From the NCBI GenBank assembly GCA_965207065.1, contig OZ242260.1, positions 3,232,001-3,296,000 on the forward strand: a stretch of DNA of 64,000 nt. Direction: 5' to 3'. Source of the DNA: a bacterium (lineage in GTDB: Bacteria > UBA8248). Below the pieces are notes generated by a model. It had not been told where the DNA came from. It ran no database searches and worked only from the letters and a program-made list of their open reading frames with translations. This document shows positions 43,834 through 52,755 of this stretch, piece by piece; the stretch's first letter is position 1; each line of letters starts with the position of its first letter. The position numbers were made by a program, and so were the translations under genes.

Positions 43834-46383
43834 CTAGCCCCAGGTCAAAAGGTGCAGGCTTAGCGGATGAATGAGGTGCGGGTGATGGGGCACTGCGCGA
43901 ACCGATACACCGTGCATGCCCGGTTTGCGGCATTGTATTTCACCATGAAAACGATATGCGCCGCCGCCGAGGTCTTCCGAGAAGACCATCGGGGAGACGG
44001 CCTCGCCGGACAACAGGCTTTCTTCTTTCAAGGGGCCTTCGTAAATTTCGAGGCGGACTTCTTCGGGGGAGAGATTTCCGAGCGCAACCTCCGCCTCGAC
44101 CCTCATTTTCGCCCCCAGTGGAACGATTCCGTTTTGCGCCATCGATATCCGGGTGATCTCCACCCCGGGCCAGGAGCGGCGCACGTGCTCTTTCCAGTCG
44201 GAGAGCGACTTGGCGGGGTTCCTCTCATCCGCCATGAGGCGCGCATGGTGCGCTCCCAGGGGCAGGTAGAATTTTTCGGCGTACTCGCGCACCATCCGGC
44301 TCGTGTTGAAGTAGGGACAGAGAGTTTGCAGTGAATTCTTGATCATCTCCACCCAACCGTATGGAATGCCCTCTTCGCCTCGTTCATAGAAAAGTGGAAC
44401 CACGACCTGCTCGAGGGTGTTGAACAGGCTTTCACACTCCATCTCGTCCTGGTAGCCGGGGTCGTTATACGTCTCGAGACCTCCAATGGCCCACCCTAAA
44501 TGACTCGCATACCCCTCCGCCCACCAGCCGTCCAAAATGCTCAGGTTCAAGGCGCCGTTGGCGGCCGCCTTCATGCCGCTGGTTCCGCTTGCTTCTTGCG
44601 GGCGGCGAGGATTGTTGAGCCACAGATCCACCCCGTGCACGAGTTGCCGCCCGACGTGGATGTCGTAATCCTCCACGAAAACGATCTTGTCGCGCACGTT
44701 TTCCCTTCGGGCGAAATGGAGGAGTTCACGGATGAAACTCTTGCCCTCCATGTCCCTCGGGTGGGCTTTGCCGGAGAATACGAATTGAACGGGTTTTTCC
44801 TTGTTCGTGAGCAGCGAGACGAAGCGCTCGGGCCTCTTGAGCAAAAGGGTGGCGCGCTTGTAGGTGGCGAAGCGTCTCGCAAAGCCGATCGTCAGCGCTT
44901 TGGTATTGGGGAGAATGGTGACATTTGGGCGCGTGACGCTGCCCAGTGGCCGCTTGAGGGCGTGCGCGCGGCAGAACTCGACAAGCCGCTCGCGGCTTTT
45001 CTCCCGGACGCCCCAGAGTTCGCTCTCCGGGATGGAGGCGACTCTCTCCCAGATCTCCGGCTTGTCCGTCTCGTCCACCCAGGCGCCGCCCAGATGCCTG
45101 TCGAACAACTCCTTCATCCCGGGTGATACCCAGGTGGGAAAATGGACGCCGTTCGTGATGGAGTCAATGGGAATATCCTGCTCGGGGACTTCCGGCCACA
45201 TGGATTGCCACATTTTTCTCGAAACCTCTCCATGCAGCTTGCTCACGCCGTTCGCCGCCGAGGAGAGACGCAGCGCCAGGACGGCCATGTTGAAAGGCTC
45301 GTCCCCCTGTTCGGGGTTCACCCGGCCCAGACCCAGGAAGTCGTCCCATTCCATGGAGAGGGATTCCGCATACTTGCGAAAGTATTTTTCCATCATGTCG
45401 GGCGGAAAGATGTCGATACCCGCCGGGACCGGCGTGTGCGTCGTGAAAATGTTTCCCGCCGAGGTCAACTCCAGGGCCGCGCCGGCGTCGATGCCGAATT
45501 TCCCCATCGAATAACGGATTCTCTCGAGCGCCAGGAAGGCGGAATGCCCCTCGTTCATGTGGCAGACGACGGGGGGGAGGCCCAGCTTGTGGAGCAGTCT
45601 CACGCCGCCGATGCCGAGGAGTATCTCCTGGCGAATCCGCGTCTCCATGTCCCCGCCGTAGAGGGCGAGGGTGATTTCGCGCAGCGAGGGCGCGTTTCCG
45701 GGAATGTTGGCGTCCAGGAGGAAGATGGGGTTTCGGCCCACCTGCACGTGCCAGACTTGCGCGGTGAGAAGGCCGTCCGGGTAATCGACCTCCACCGTGA
45801 TGGGTTCTCCGTTCTCATCCAGCTCGAGGTGGAACGGCGTGTGATGGAAATCGTTGTCCGGGTAGCGTTCCTGCTGCCAGCCGTCGGGGCCTAAATGCTG
45901 GCGGAAATATCCCTGGCCGTAGGCGAGTCCCACGCCGATGAGGGGCAGTCCCAAATCGCTCGCGGATTTCATGTGATCGCCGGCGAGGACGCCGAGGCCG
46001 CCCGAATAGTTGGGTACGGATTCCGTGAGCCCGAACTCCATGCTGAAATAAGCGATGCGCAGCTCCTCGCTCTTTTCACTCGCAGGCAGGTTCTGGTACC
46101 AGGAAGGCTTGTGGAGATATGCGTGAAGTTCTTTGAGAACGCTCTCCATATCGCGGAGGAAATGCGCATCGCGCGCCGCCGCATCGAGCCGCTCCTGAGA
46201 GACGGAGCGCAGCATCTGCGCTGGATTGTAGTGGCAATCCTCCCACAGGGCATCGTCCAGCCTGCTGAAAAGCGCGCGCGCTCGATGGTCCCAGTCGAAG
46301 GCGATGTTGTCGGCGATTTCCTCGAGCCCTTTCAATTCCGAAGGAATGCTGGGCACTACCTGAAACGCAAGCACAGTGGTCAT
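43834..46383 (-). CDS. glgP: Alpha-glucan (glycogen) phosphorylase
   Basis: YFSMEFG, YSGGLG, HMNEGH, FARRFATYKR, EASGTSGMK. Confidence 0.95.
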   Translation of the reverse strand: MTTVLAFQVVPSIPSELKGLEEIADNIAFDWDHRARALFSRLDDALWEDCHYNPAQMLRSVSQERLDAAARDAHFLRDMESVLKELHAYLHKPSWYQNLPASEKSEELRIAYFSMEFGLTESVPNYSGGLGVLAGDHMKSASDLGLPLIGVGLAYGQGYFRQHLGPDGWQQERYPDNDFHHTPFHLELDENGEPITVEVDYPDGLLTAQVWHVQVGRNPIFLLDANIPGNAPSLREITLALYGGDMETRIRQEILLGIGGVRLLHKLGLPPVVCHMNEGHSAFLALERIRYSMGKFGIDAGAALELTSAGNIFTTHTPVPAGIDIFPPDMMEKYFRKYAESLSMEWDDFLGLGRVNPEQGDEPFNMAVLALRLSSAANGVSKLHGEVSRKMWQSMWPEVPEQDIPIDSITNGVHFPTWVSPGMKELFDRHLGGAWVDETDKPEIWERVASIPESELWGVREKSRERLVEFCRAHALKRPLGSVTRPNVTILPNTKALTIGFARRFATYKRATLLLKRPERFVSLLTNKEKPVQFVFSGKAHPRDMEGKSFIRELLHFARRENVRDKIVFVEDYDIHVGRQLVHGVDLWLNNPRRPQEASGTSGMKAAANGALNLSILDGWWAEGYASHLGWAIGGLETYNDPGYQDEMECESLFNTLEQVVVPLFYERGEEGIPYGWVEMIKNSLQTLCPYFNTSRMVREYAEKFYLPLGAHHARLMADERNPAKSLSDWKEHVRRSWPGVEITRISMAQNGIVPLGAKMRVEAEVALGNLSPEEVRLEIYEGPLKEESLLSGEAVSPMVFSEDLGGGAYRFHGEIQCRKPGMHGVSVRAVPHHPHLIHPLSLHLLTWG

Positions 46384-46462
46384 TTTTATTGTTCCCGATA
46401 AGGATATTGAGTCAGTCTATTATACCGATTTCATGAAGACGATTTAATGCTTCGGGCCCGAA

Positions 46463-46873
46463 TCATTCGGCGAGTCCATAGCCGCCTTTTTCCCTGAGCG
46501 CCACGTTGGGGCCCGGAGGCGAATATAAAACCATATATTTGAACAGCGCGTCACCCGTGCTAGTGATTTGGTGCATGTTGCCCGGAGGCACGAAGACGGC
46601 GTCGCCCGCCTCGACGGGAATCTTCTCCCCCTCGATGTCGATCACCCCCGTTCCGCTGATGATGTAGAAGGCGTGTTCTTCTTTGTCGTGCTTGTGGGCG
46701 GTGGAGGTGAGGCCCGGGTCGAATTCGTTGATGAGCAAGGCGAACTGCTTTGCGCCCACAGTCTCTTCATCCAGCAGAATGCGGAACATGCTCCTGCCTC
46801 CGGGCACGGGCAATTCCCCGCTCAGGGCTTCGCTCTCCCGCACGTGCAAGGGTTTATTGTGGCTATCGCTCAT
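46463..46873 (-). CDS. Cupin-domain protein
   Basis: HKHDKEEHAFYIISG...GDAVFVPPGNMH. Confidence 0.85.
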   Translation of the reverse strand: MSDSHNKPLHVRESEALSGELPVPGGRSMFRILLDEETVGAKQFALLINEFDPGLTSTAHKHDKEEHAFYIISGTGVIDIEGEKIPVEAGDAVFVPPGNMHQITSTGDALFKYMVLYSPPGPNVALREKGGYGLAE

Positions 46874-46941
46874 AACGGCTCCTTCGAATTGTAGAAACGT
46901 GGCCTGTTATATAAAAATCCGTTGGCTAGAGAATACGCGGC

Positions 46942-47763
46942 TCATGACGATTGTTCCTCGCGCCTGCGGTACATGTGGTTGAGCGGGCCCCTGCCGTTTC
47001 CAATGTCGAGCGCGTTCTCGATGGCGCCCTGAATGAAATCCTTCGCCCTCTTCACCGCCTCGATGGTGGACTCTCCCTGCGCCAGGCCCGCCGCGATGGC
47101 CGAGGAGAGCGTGCATCCCGTCCCGTGGGTGTGCGGGGTGTCGACCCGCCTGCCTTCCAGGGCGACATCGATTTCTCCGTCAAAAAAAATGTCCACCGCC
47201 CCGTCGGTGATGTGGCCCCCTTTGAGCAGAACGCATTTCGCCCCCCGCTCGTGGAGGGCCCGGACGGCGTATTTCATCTGTGCGAGGTTTTCGATTTCTC
47301 CGGATTCGAGAATATCGCGCGCTTCTTCCGTATTGGGGGTGACGACCTCCGCCAGCGGAAAGAGTTTTTCGACGAGCGCCTCTCTCGCGTCGGGCGCCAG
47401 GAGGCGGTCTCCGCTTTTGGCGACCATCACCGGGTCGAGCACGACGCGCGCGAGCGCGTGTTCCTGGAGCTTTTCGGCCACGACCTCGATGACCTCCACA
47501 GTGGCTAGCATGCCGATTTTCGCGCTCACTACGCTTAAATCCGAGCACACCGAGTCGAATTGCGCCGCGATGAAATCGGGCGGCGCGCCGTGCACCCCCT
47601 GCACGCCCACGGTGTTCTGCGCCGTCAGCGCGGTGATGACCGAGGCGCCATAGACGCCGAATGCACTGAAAGTCTTGAGGTCGGCCTGAATCCCGGCCCC
47701 GCCGCCCGAATCCGAACCCGCTATCGTCAGGGCGATGGGAGGAACGCCCGCGGATGTCGCCAT
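46942..47763 (-). CDS. thiD: Hydroxymethylpyrimidine/phosphomethylpyrimidine kinase
   Basis: IAGSDSGGGAGIQADLK, DPVM, TPN, KGGH, HGTGC; ATG at 47763. Confidence 0.95.
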   Translation of the reverse strand: MATSAGVPPIALTIAGSDSGGGAGIQADLKTFSAFGVYGASVITALTAQNTVGVQGVHGAPPDFIAAQFDSVCSDLSVVSAKIGMLATVEVIEVVAEKLQEHALARVVLDPVMVAKSGDRLLAPDAREALVEKLFPLAEVVTPNTEEARDILESGEIENLAQMKYAVRALHERGAKCVLLKGGHITDGAVDIFFDGEIDVALEGRRVDTPHTHGTGCTLSSAIAAGLAQGESTIEAVKRAKDFIQGAIENALDIGNGRGPLNHMYRRREEQSS

Positions 47764-47890
47764 GTCTCTCTCCTCTCGCGTCACATCATAAGACGATGCG
47801 ACATGGAAATGTAGCACACCGAGAATATATTGGGAGTATGTCAGAAATATGTCGAAGAGAAGAAAAAACGGAAAAACGCTTTAATGGGGA

Positions 47891-47923
47891 ATTCTTGACA
47901 AATTTGTTTGGGAATTATAGTCT
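47891..47923 (+). promoter_or_regulatory. sigma70 promoter overlapped by an IscR/Rrf2-type operator
   Basis: TTGACA (47895)-17 nt-TAGTCT; imperfect 25-bp palindrome ATTCTTGACAAATTTGTTTGGGAAT (47891-47915). Confidence 0.6.
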
Positions 47924-47967
47924 CACGCTCGGCTGGTCTTTGTAAAAAGATTTAGAAGGGCACTCTT

Positions 47968-48927
47968 ATGGCATTGGGCACCCGGGGCCGTCCGCCCCAG
48001 ATTCTGAGGGCGCTTCCCTCGCTCATCGATCGCATCGGAAGCACGAGCCTCGTCCAACTGCAGCGACTGCCAGATGCGTCGGGCGGGCGCGTATTCGCGA
48101 AACTCGAGCAGTACAACCCCGGCGGAAGCGTGAAGGATCGCATCGCGCTCAGCATGGTGCTCGACGCCGAGCGGCGCGGCCTCCTGAAGCCCGGCGGGAC
48201 GATTATCGAACCCACGAGCGGCAACACGGGGATAGGCCTCGCGCTCATCGGCGCCATTCGCGGCTACAGGACGATCATCGTGCTCAGCAAGAGCATGAGC
48301 CACGAGCGCAACTCCCTGCTCACGGGCTACGGGGCCGAGGTGGTATTCAGCTCCAGCGAGGGCGGCATGTACGGCTCGCTCGTGATGGCGGAAGCCATCC
48401 TGGATGAGAACCCGGACTACTACATGCCCCAGCAGTTCAACAACCCGGCCAACCCGGAAATCCACCGCAGAACCACGGCGCGCGAGATTCTGCGCGATAT
48501 GGGCGCGGAATCGGTGGACGCCTTCGTGGCGGGCGTGGGGACGGGAGGCACCATCACGGGCGTGGGGGAGGTCCTGAAGGAGAAGAGGCCGGAAACACTC
48601 GTCGTAGGGGTGGAGCCCGCCGCATCCGCCGTACTCTCGGGCGGGGAGCCGGGCCCGCACCAGATTCAGGGTATCGGCGCGGGATTTATTCCCGCCGTGC
48701 TCAACCGCGCGATCATCGACGAGGTGATGCCGGTGAGCGATTCGGACGCCTACGACATGAGCAAGGCCCTGAGCCGCGAGGAGGGCATGGCCGCGGGCAT
48801 TTCGGCGGGCGCCGCGGTAAGCGCCGCCCTGCAGGTGGCGCGGCGGATGAGTCCCGAGGAAAACGTGGTGGTCGTCATTCCCGACGGCTGGGAGAGATAT
48901 TATAGTCTGGAGCAGCATTTTCGCTAG
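47968..48927 (+). CDS. cysK: Cysteine synthase, CysK-like
   Basis: NPGGSVKDR, PTSGNTG, QFNNPAN, GVGTGGT, HQIQGIG. Confidence 0.88.
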   Translation: MALGTRGRPPQILRALPSLIDRIGSTSLVQLQRLPDASGGRVFAKLEQYNPGGSVKDRIALSMVLDAERRGLLKPGGTIIEPTSGNTGIGLALIGAIRGYRTIIVLSKSMSHERNSLLTGYGAEVVFSSSEGGMYGSLVMAEAILDENPDYYMPQQFNNPANPEIHRRTTAREILRDMGAESVDAFVAGVGTGGTITGVGEVLKEKRPETLVVGVEPAASAVLSGGEPGPHQIQGIGAGFIPAVLNRAIIDEVMPVSDSDAYDMSKALSREEGMAAGISAGAAVSAALQVARRMSPEENVVVVIPDGWERYYSLEQHFR

Positions 48928-48980
48928 AAATCTTCATTCGGCATCCCCGGAAGGCGGGGCATTCAGATCAGGAGAGAGAA

Positions 48981-49259
48981 ATGGCGGTAACGGTTCGTAT
49001 TCCGACACCCTTACAGGAGTTCACCCAGCAGCAGGACGCCGTGGATATCGCGGGCGCGGACGTGAAGGAAGTGCTCGCCAACCTCGACAGCCAGTTCGCG
49101 GGCATCGGCCAGCGCCTCTATGACGAAGAGGGTAAGCTCCGACGCTTCGTGAATATCTATGTGAACCAGGAAGACATCCGCTTCCTGCAGGGAGAGGGAA
49201 CGGCGGTGAACGACGGGGATGAGGTCTCCATCGTGCCGGCCATCGCGGGTGGCCGGTAA
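48981..49259 (+). CDS. Ubiquitin-like sulfur carrier (MoaD/ThiS/CysO type), ending GG-R
   Basis: VRIPTPL, RFVNIYVN, GDEVSIVPAIAGGR. Confidence 0.92.
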   Translation: MAVTVRIPTPLQEFTQQQDAVDIAGADVKEVLANLDSQFAGIGQRLYDEEGKLRRFVNIYVNQEDIRFLQGEGTAVNDGDEVSIVPAIAGGR

Positions 49260-49293
49260 TCGTCCGCAGAACCCCCGAGAGGAGAGTCATCCC

Positions 49294-49944
49294 TTGGGCC
49301 TGAGCGAAGAGCAGATACAGCGCTACAGCCGACACATTCTGCTCCCCGGTGTGGGAGGGGTCGGTCAGGAGCGCTTGCTCGCATCTTCCGTCCTCATTGT
49401 CTTTTCTGAGGATGAGGAGAGCGCGGCGCTCATGGCCCTGGCCTATCTGGCCGCTGCGGGCGTGGGCCGGATCGGCTGGTGTCCTCTGCATGAGAGCGAT
49501 GGATTGAAGCAGGAATCGCCGCTCTGCGCCTTCTATGGCGGCAGCCTGGGCAATGGTCTCAAGAGGCTCAATCCCGATTCGAGGCTGGTTTCCATTCGCC
49601 CGGGTGAGGGAGCGGAAGAGGTTTTCGACGCTCTCGTCTGGCTGGGCGATGCGTCCGCCGAAGATTTCGAGTCATCTAAGTCAATGGGAAAATTCGTCAT
49701 ACGAGGCGGGAGCCGTGGTGAGGCGGGAGAGATTTCAGAAGGCCCCGGAATCCTGGAGAAGCCAGGTATGGCGCCTCAAGGAGGGACAGCCTCGACGGTG
49801 GCGGCCCAGGGAGCTCTGGGCGCATGGCTGGCCGCCAGAACTTTAAGGCATCTGGTGAATGAGACGGATACAGTGGGGTCGACTACGCAGGCCCGTTTCG
49901 ATTTTTCGCATGGCTTGATTGAGGCGCATGCGAACCTTTCCTGA
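49294..49944 (+). CDS. Catalytically degenerate ThiF/MoeB-like protein (paralogue A)
   Basis: TTG start after GAGGAG; keeps RYSRHILL, GQERL, YLAAAGVG, RLNPD; lacks GxGxxG, NLxRQ and both CxxC; frame is intact. Confidence 0.8.
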   Translation: MGLSEEQIQRYSRHILLPGVGGVGQERLLASSVLIVFSEDEESAALMALAYLAAAGVGRIGWCPLHESDGLKQESPLCAFYGGSLGNGLKRLNPDSRLVSIRPGEGAEEVFDALVWLGDASAEDFESSKSMGKFVIRGGSRGEAGEISEGPGILEKPGMAPQGGTASTVAAQGALGAWLAARTLRHLVNETDTVGSTTQARFDFSHGLIEAHANLS

Positions 49945-49977
49945 GATTTTCAGGAACAAAGTGCGAGGGCCATATCA

Positions 49978-50916
49978 ATGGTCGAATCGACAGTGGAGAA
50001 TCCGGCGAGTGCGTTCAGAAATCTAGAGGATTCCCCAATCATCAAGTGTATCGGCAACACCCCCTTGCTCGAAATCAAGTTGTTCGAGAGCGAATTCCCG
50101 GAAGTGGAGGTCTACGCCAAGGCGGAGTGGTTCAACCCGGGCGGCTCGGTGAAGGACAGGCCTGCGCTCTTCATGGTGAAGGACGGCCTGGAAACGGGAG
50201 AATTGCGCCCCGGCAAGATTCTGCTCGATTCCACGAGCGGGAACACCGGCATCGCCTACGCCATGATCGGCGCGGCTTTGGGGATTCCCGTCCGCCTCGT
50301 CCTGCCCGCGAATGCGAGCGATGAGCGCAAGGCGACGCTCAAGGGCTACGGGGCCGATATCGTTCTCTCGGACCCCCTGGAGGGTTCCGACGGGGCGCAG
50401 CGCCTCGCGGCGAAGATGCACCGCGAGGAGCCGGAGAAATACTTTCTACCCTGCCAGTACGACAACCCCGCCAACCCGCTCGCCCACGTGGAGACGACGG
50501 CGCCTGAGATTCTGGAGCAGACCGGCGGGCGCGTGGAGCACTTCGTCGCGGGTCTCGGCACCACGGGCACCCTGGTGGGTACGGGGCGCGGCTTGAAGGC
50601 CAAGAAGCCCGACGTCGTGGTTCATGCGGTCATGCCGTCTGAATCGTTTCACGGCCTGGAAGGCATGAAGCACATCCCCACGGCCATTCGACCGGGGATT
50701 TACGATGAGGGCGTGCACGACAACCTGATTCCGGCGGGGACCGAGGAGAGCTACGACCTGGCCGACCGAATCTCGAAAGAAGAGGGCCTCTTCATCGGCC
50801 ATTCGGCGGGGGCCGCGCTCGTGGGCGTGCGCGAAGTGGCGAAGCAGATAGGGAAGGGCGTTATCGTCACCCTGTTTCCCGACGGGGGGGACAGGTACTT
50901 GAGCGAAGCGCGTTAG
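49978..50916 (+). CDS. cysM: Second cysteine-synthase-family PLP enzyme, CysM-like
   Basis: IGNTPL, NPGGSVKDR, STSGNTG, QYDNPAN, GLGTTGT, HGLEGMK. Confidence 0.8.
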   Translation: MVESTVENPASAFRNLEDSPIIKCIGNTPLLEIKLFESEFPEVEVYAKAEWFNPGGSVKDRPALFMVKDGLETGELRPGKILLDSTSGNTGIAYAMIGAALGIPVRLVLPANASDERKATLKGYGADIVLSDPLEGSDGAQRLAAKMHREEPEKYFLPCQYDNPANPLAHVETTAPEILEQTGGRVEHFVAGLGTTGTLVGTGRGLKAKKPDVVVHAVMPSESFHGLEGMKHIPTAIRPGIYDEGVHDNLIPAGTEESYDLADRISKEEGLFIGHSAGAALVGVREVAKQIGKGVIVTLFPDGGDRYLSEAR

Positions 50917-50927
50917 GGAGGCTTGAT

Positions 50928-51422
50928 TTGCGTCTGACACTAGAACAGGTGGAGGCGATGCACCGCCACGCGCGCGAGGCGTATCCCGATGAGTGTTGCG
51001 GTTTGATCATCGGCCCTCCGCGGGCGCGAGGGGAGCAAGAAGATACGCTCGCTCTTTTGCCGTGTAAAAACGTACAGAACGAGATGCACGAAAAGGACCC
51101 GGAAATTTATCCCCGGACGGCGCGGCGCGCCTTTTTGATCGATCCCTTCGAGTTCGAACGCATCGCCAGGCGGGCCGAGGAGGCCGGCGAGGTGGTTCGC
51201 GGCATCTTTCACAGCCACCCGGACGAGGACGCCTATTTTTCCCAGGAAGACGTGGATGCGGCGGTTCCTTTCGGGGATATCCCGGCGTTTCCCGATGCCG
51301 AGCACGTCGTCATGAGCGTGCGAGAAGGCGTAGTTCTTGGCCAGAAGGTGTATTCCTGGGACGCGGGGCGCAAAGAATTCGTCGAAAGCGAACTGGAAAT
51401 TCTTGAGGAGGCGGGCGCGTGA
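50928..51422 (+). CDS. JAB/JAMM (Mov34, Mec-like) metallopeptidase
   Basis: YPDECCG and HSHPDEDAYFSQED, an intact HxHx7SxxD motif. Confidence 0.92.
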   Translation: MRLTLEQVEAMHRHAREAYPDECCGLIIGPPRARGEQEDTLALLPCKNVQNEMHEKDPEIYPRTARRAFLIDPFEFERIARRAEEAGEVVRGIFHSHPDEDAYFSQEDVDAAVPFGDIPAFPDAEHVVMSVREGVVLGQKVYSWDAGRKEFVESELEILEEAGA

Positions 51423-52153
51423 GCGGTAAAAGCGCACTGGCGCGTACATCCGCCCTCATCGTGGGGGTCGGCGGCCTGGGCTGCCCCGCCGCGCTGGCGC
51501 TGGCCGCGTCCGGCGTGGGCCGCGTCGGGCTTGCGGATCACGACGACGTGACGCTCGACAACCTTGCCCGACAGATTCTCCACCGGACCGAAGACGTCGG
51601 CCGCCTGAAGGTGGACTCGGGCGCGGATTCCATATTCAGGCTCTCCGCCGAGGTGGCGGTGGACAAGATTCCCCAGAAACTCACGCGCAAGAACGTCGCC
51701 CGAATCATCGCGCCTTATGACGTCATCGTCGATGGCAGCGACAATCTGGCGACCAAACTCGCGCTGAACGACACGTGCGCCGTAGCGGGCAGGCCGTGGG
51801 TGATGGGGGGTGTTTTGCGCTTTTTCGGCCAGATGATGACGATTCTGCCGGGCAGGAGCGCGTGTCTGAGATGTCTGGTGGGCGAGGAGGGCGCAAATGC
51901 GCGCGGGCTCGATTGCGGGGACGCGGGCGTCTTCGGCGCGGTGGCGGGTTTCGTGGGCATGGCGCAGGCCGCCGACGCGCTGCGGGTTCTGGAGGGGTTC
52001 GAGCCCGCCTGGTCGAACAGGCTGATGACGGCTGATTTTGGGAAAAACGCCGTCGGGAGTGTGCGCGTGGCGCAGGATCCGGATTGTCCCGTCTGCGCGC
52101 TCGCCACGCGCGGGCAAGCGAAATTCCCCATGAAGCGCGGAGCGCTCGCTTAG
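51419..52153 (+). CDS. ThiF/MoeB-family E1-like adenylyltransferase lacking the N-terminal RYxR segment (paralogue B)
   Basis: GVGGLG, DHD, NLARQ, K, GSDN, CLRC, DCGDAGV, CPVC; in-frame TGA at 51404 excludes an N-terminal extension. Confidence 0.9.
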   Translation: MSGKSALARTSALIVGVGGLGCPAALALAASGVGRVGLADHDDVTLDNLARQILHRTEDVGRLKVDSGADSIFRLSAEVAVDKIPQKLTRKNVARIIAPYDVIVDGSDNLATKLALNDTCAVAGRPWVMGGVLRFFGQMMTILPGRSACLRCLVGEEGANARGLDCGDAGVFGAVAGFVGMAQAADALRVLEGFEPAWSNRLMTADFGKNAVGSVRVAQDPDCPVCALATRGQAKFPMKRGALA

Positions 52154-52191
52154 CGAATGGGACCGGGAGAAATGATGAAAGGATGCCGCCG

Positions 52192-52650
52192 ATGAAGATA
52201 TCGACCAAGGGACGATACGCCGTGCTCGCCATGATAGAGTTGGCCAGGCATTCGCAGACGCATCCCGTTCCCTTGCCGCAGATAGCGGGCAAACTCGGCA
52301 TCAGCCAGCATTATCTCGAACAGTTATTCGTGAAAATGCGCAGGGCTTCTCTGGTGAGCAGCACGCGGGGGCCGGGAGGCGGCTATATCCTGGCGCTCCC
52401 GCCTTCCGGGATCAACATGCGCGATGTTTTGTGCGCGGTAGGAGAGACGATTCAGCCCGTCGATTGCGGCGATGAATCTCCTTCGGCGCCGTGTCCGAAC
52501 ATTCCTGTATGCGGGAGCCGCGCGCTTTGGAAAAAACTCGAAGACGCGATTGACAAGACGCTGCGCGAGACCACGCTCGAAGAGTTGAGCGCGGCGTCTG
52601 CCGATGCGGGAGGTGGCGTTCGGCTGCCGAATTTCCAGGTGAGTATCTAG
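52192..52650 (+). CDS. Rrf2-family regulator (IscR/CymR-like) with three Cys
   Basis: STKGRYA, YLEQLF, STRGPGGGY, C-x8-C-x5-C. Confidence 0.92.
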   Translation: MKISTKGRYAVLAMIELARHSQTHPVPLPQIAGKLGISQHYLEQLFVKMRRASLVSSTRGPGGGYILALPPSGINMRDVLCAVGETIQPVDCGDESPSAPCPNIPVCGSRALWKKLEDAIDKTLRETTLEELSAASADAGGGVRLPNFQVSI

Positions 52651-52755
52651 CGCAGGCAGAGATTGAGTGCGTTTATAGGGTTTCATTCGCCTAATAGGGG
52701 GATGTTGAAAGTCCCGATTTCGAGACCGGGCGTATATTACTTACCGGGGAGAAAG

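Noticed and set aside
47764-47967. TPP riboswitch upstream of thiD
   Set aside because: No CUGAGA core or matching TPP aptamer structure is visible on the minus strand.
49294-49944. ThiF paralogue A as a decaying pseudogene
   Set aside because: The frame is open and near full length with an RBS, and loss is confined to catalytic motifs while the trans-acting RYSR is kept. Not fully excluded without dN/dS.
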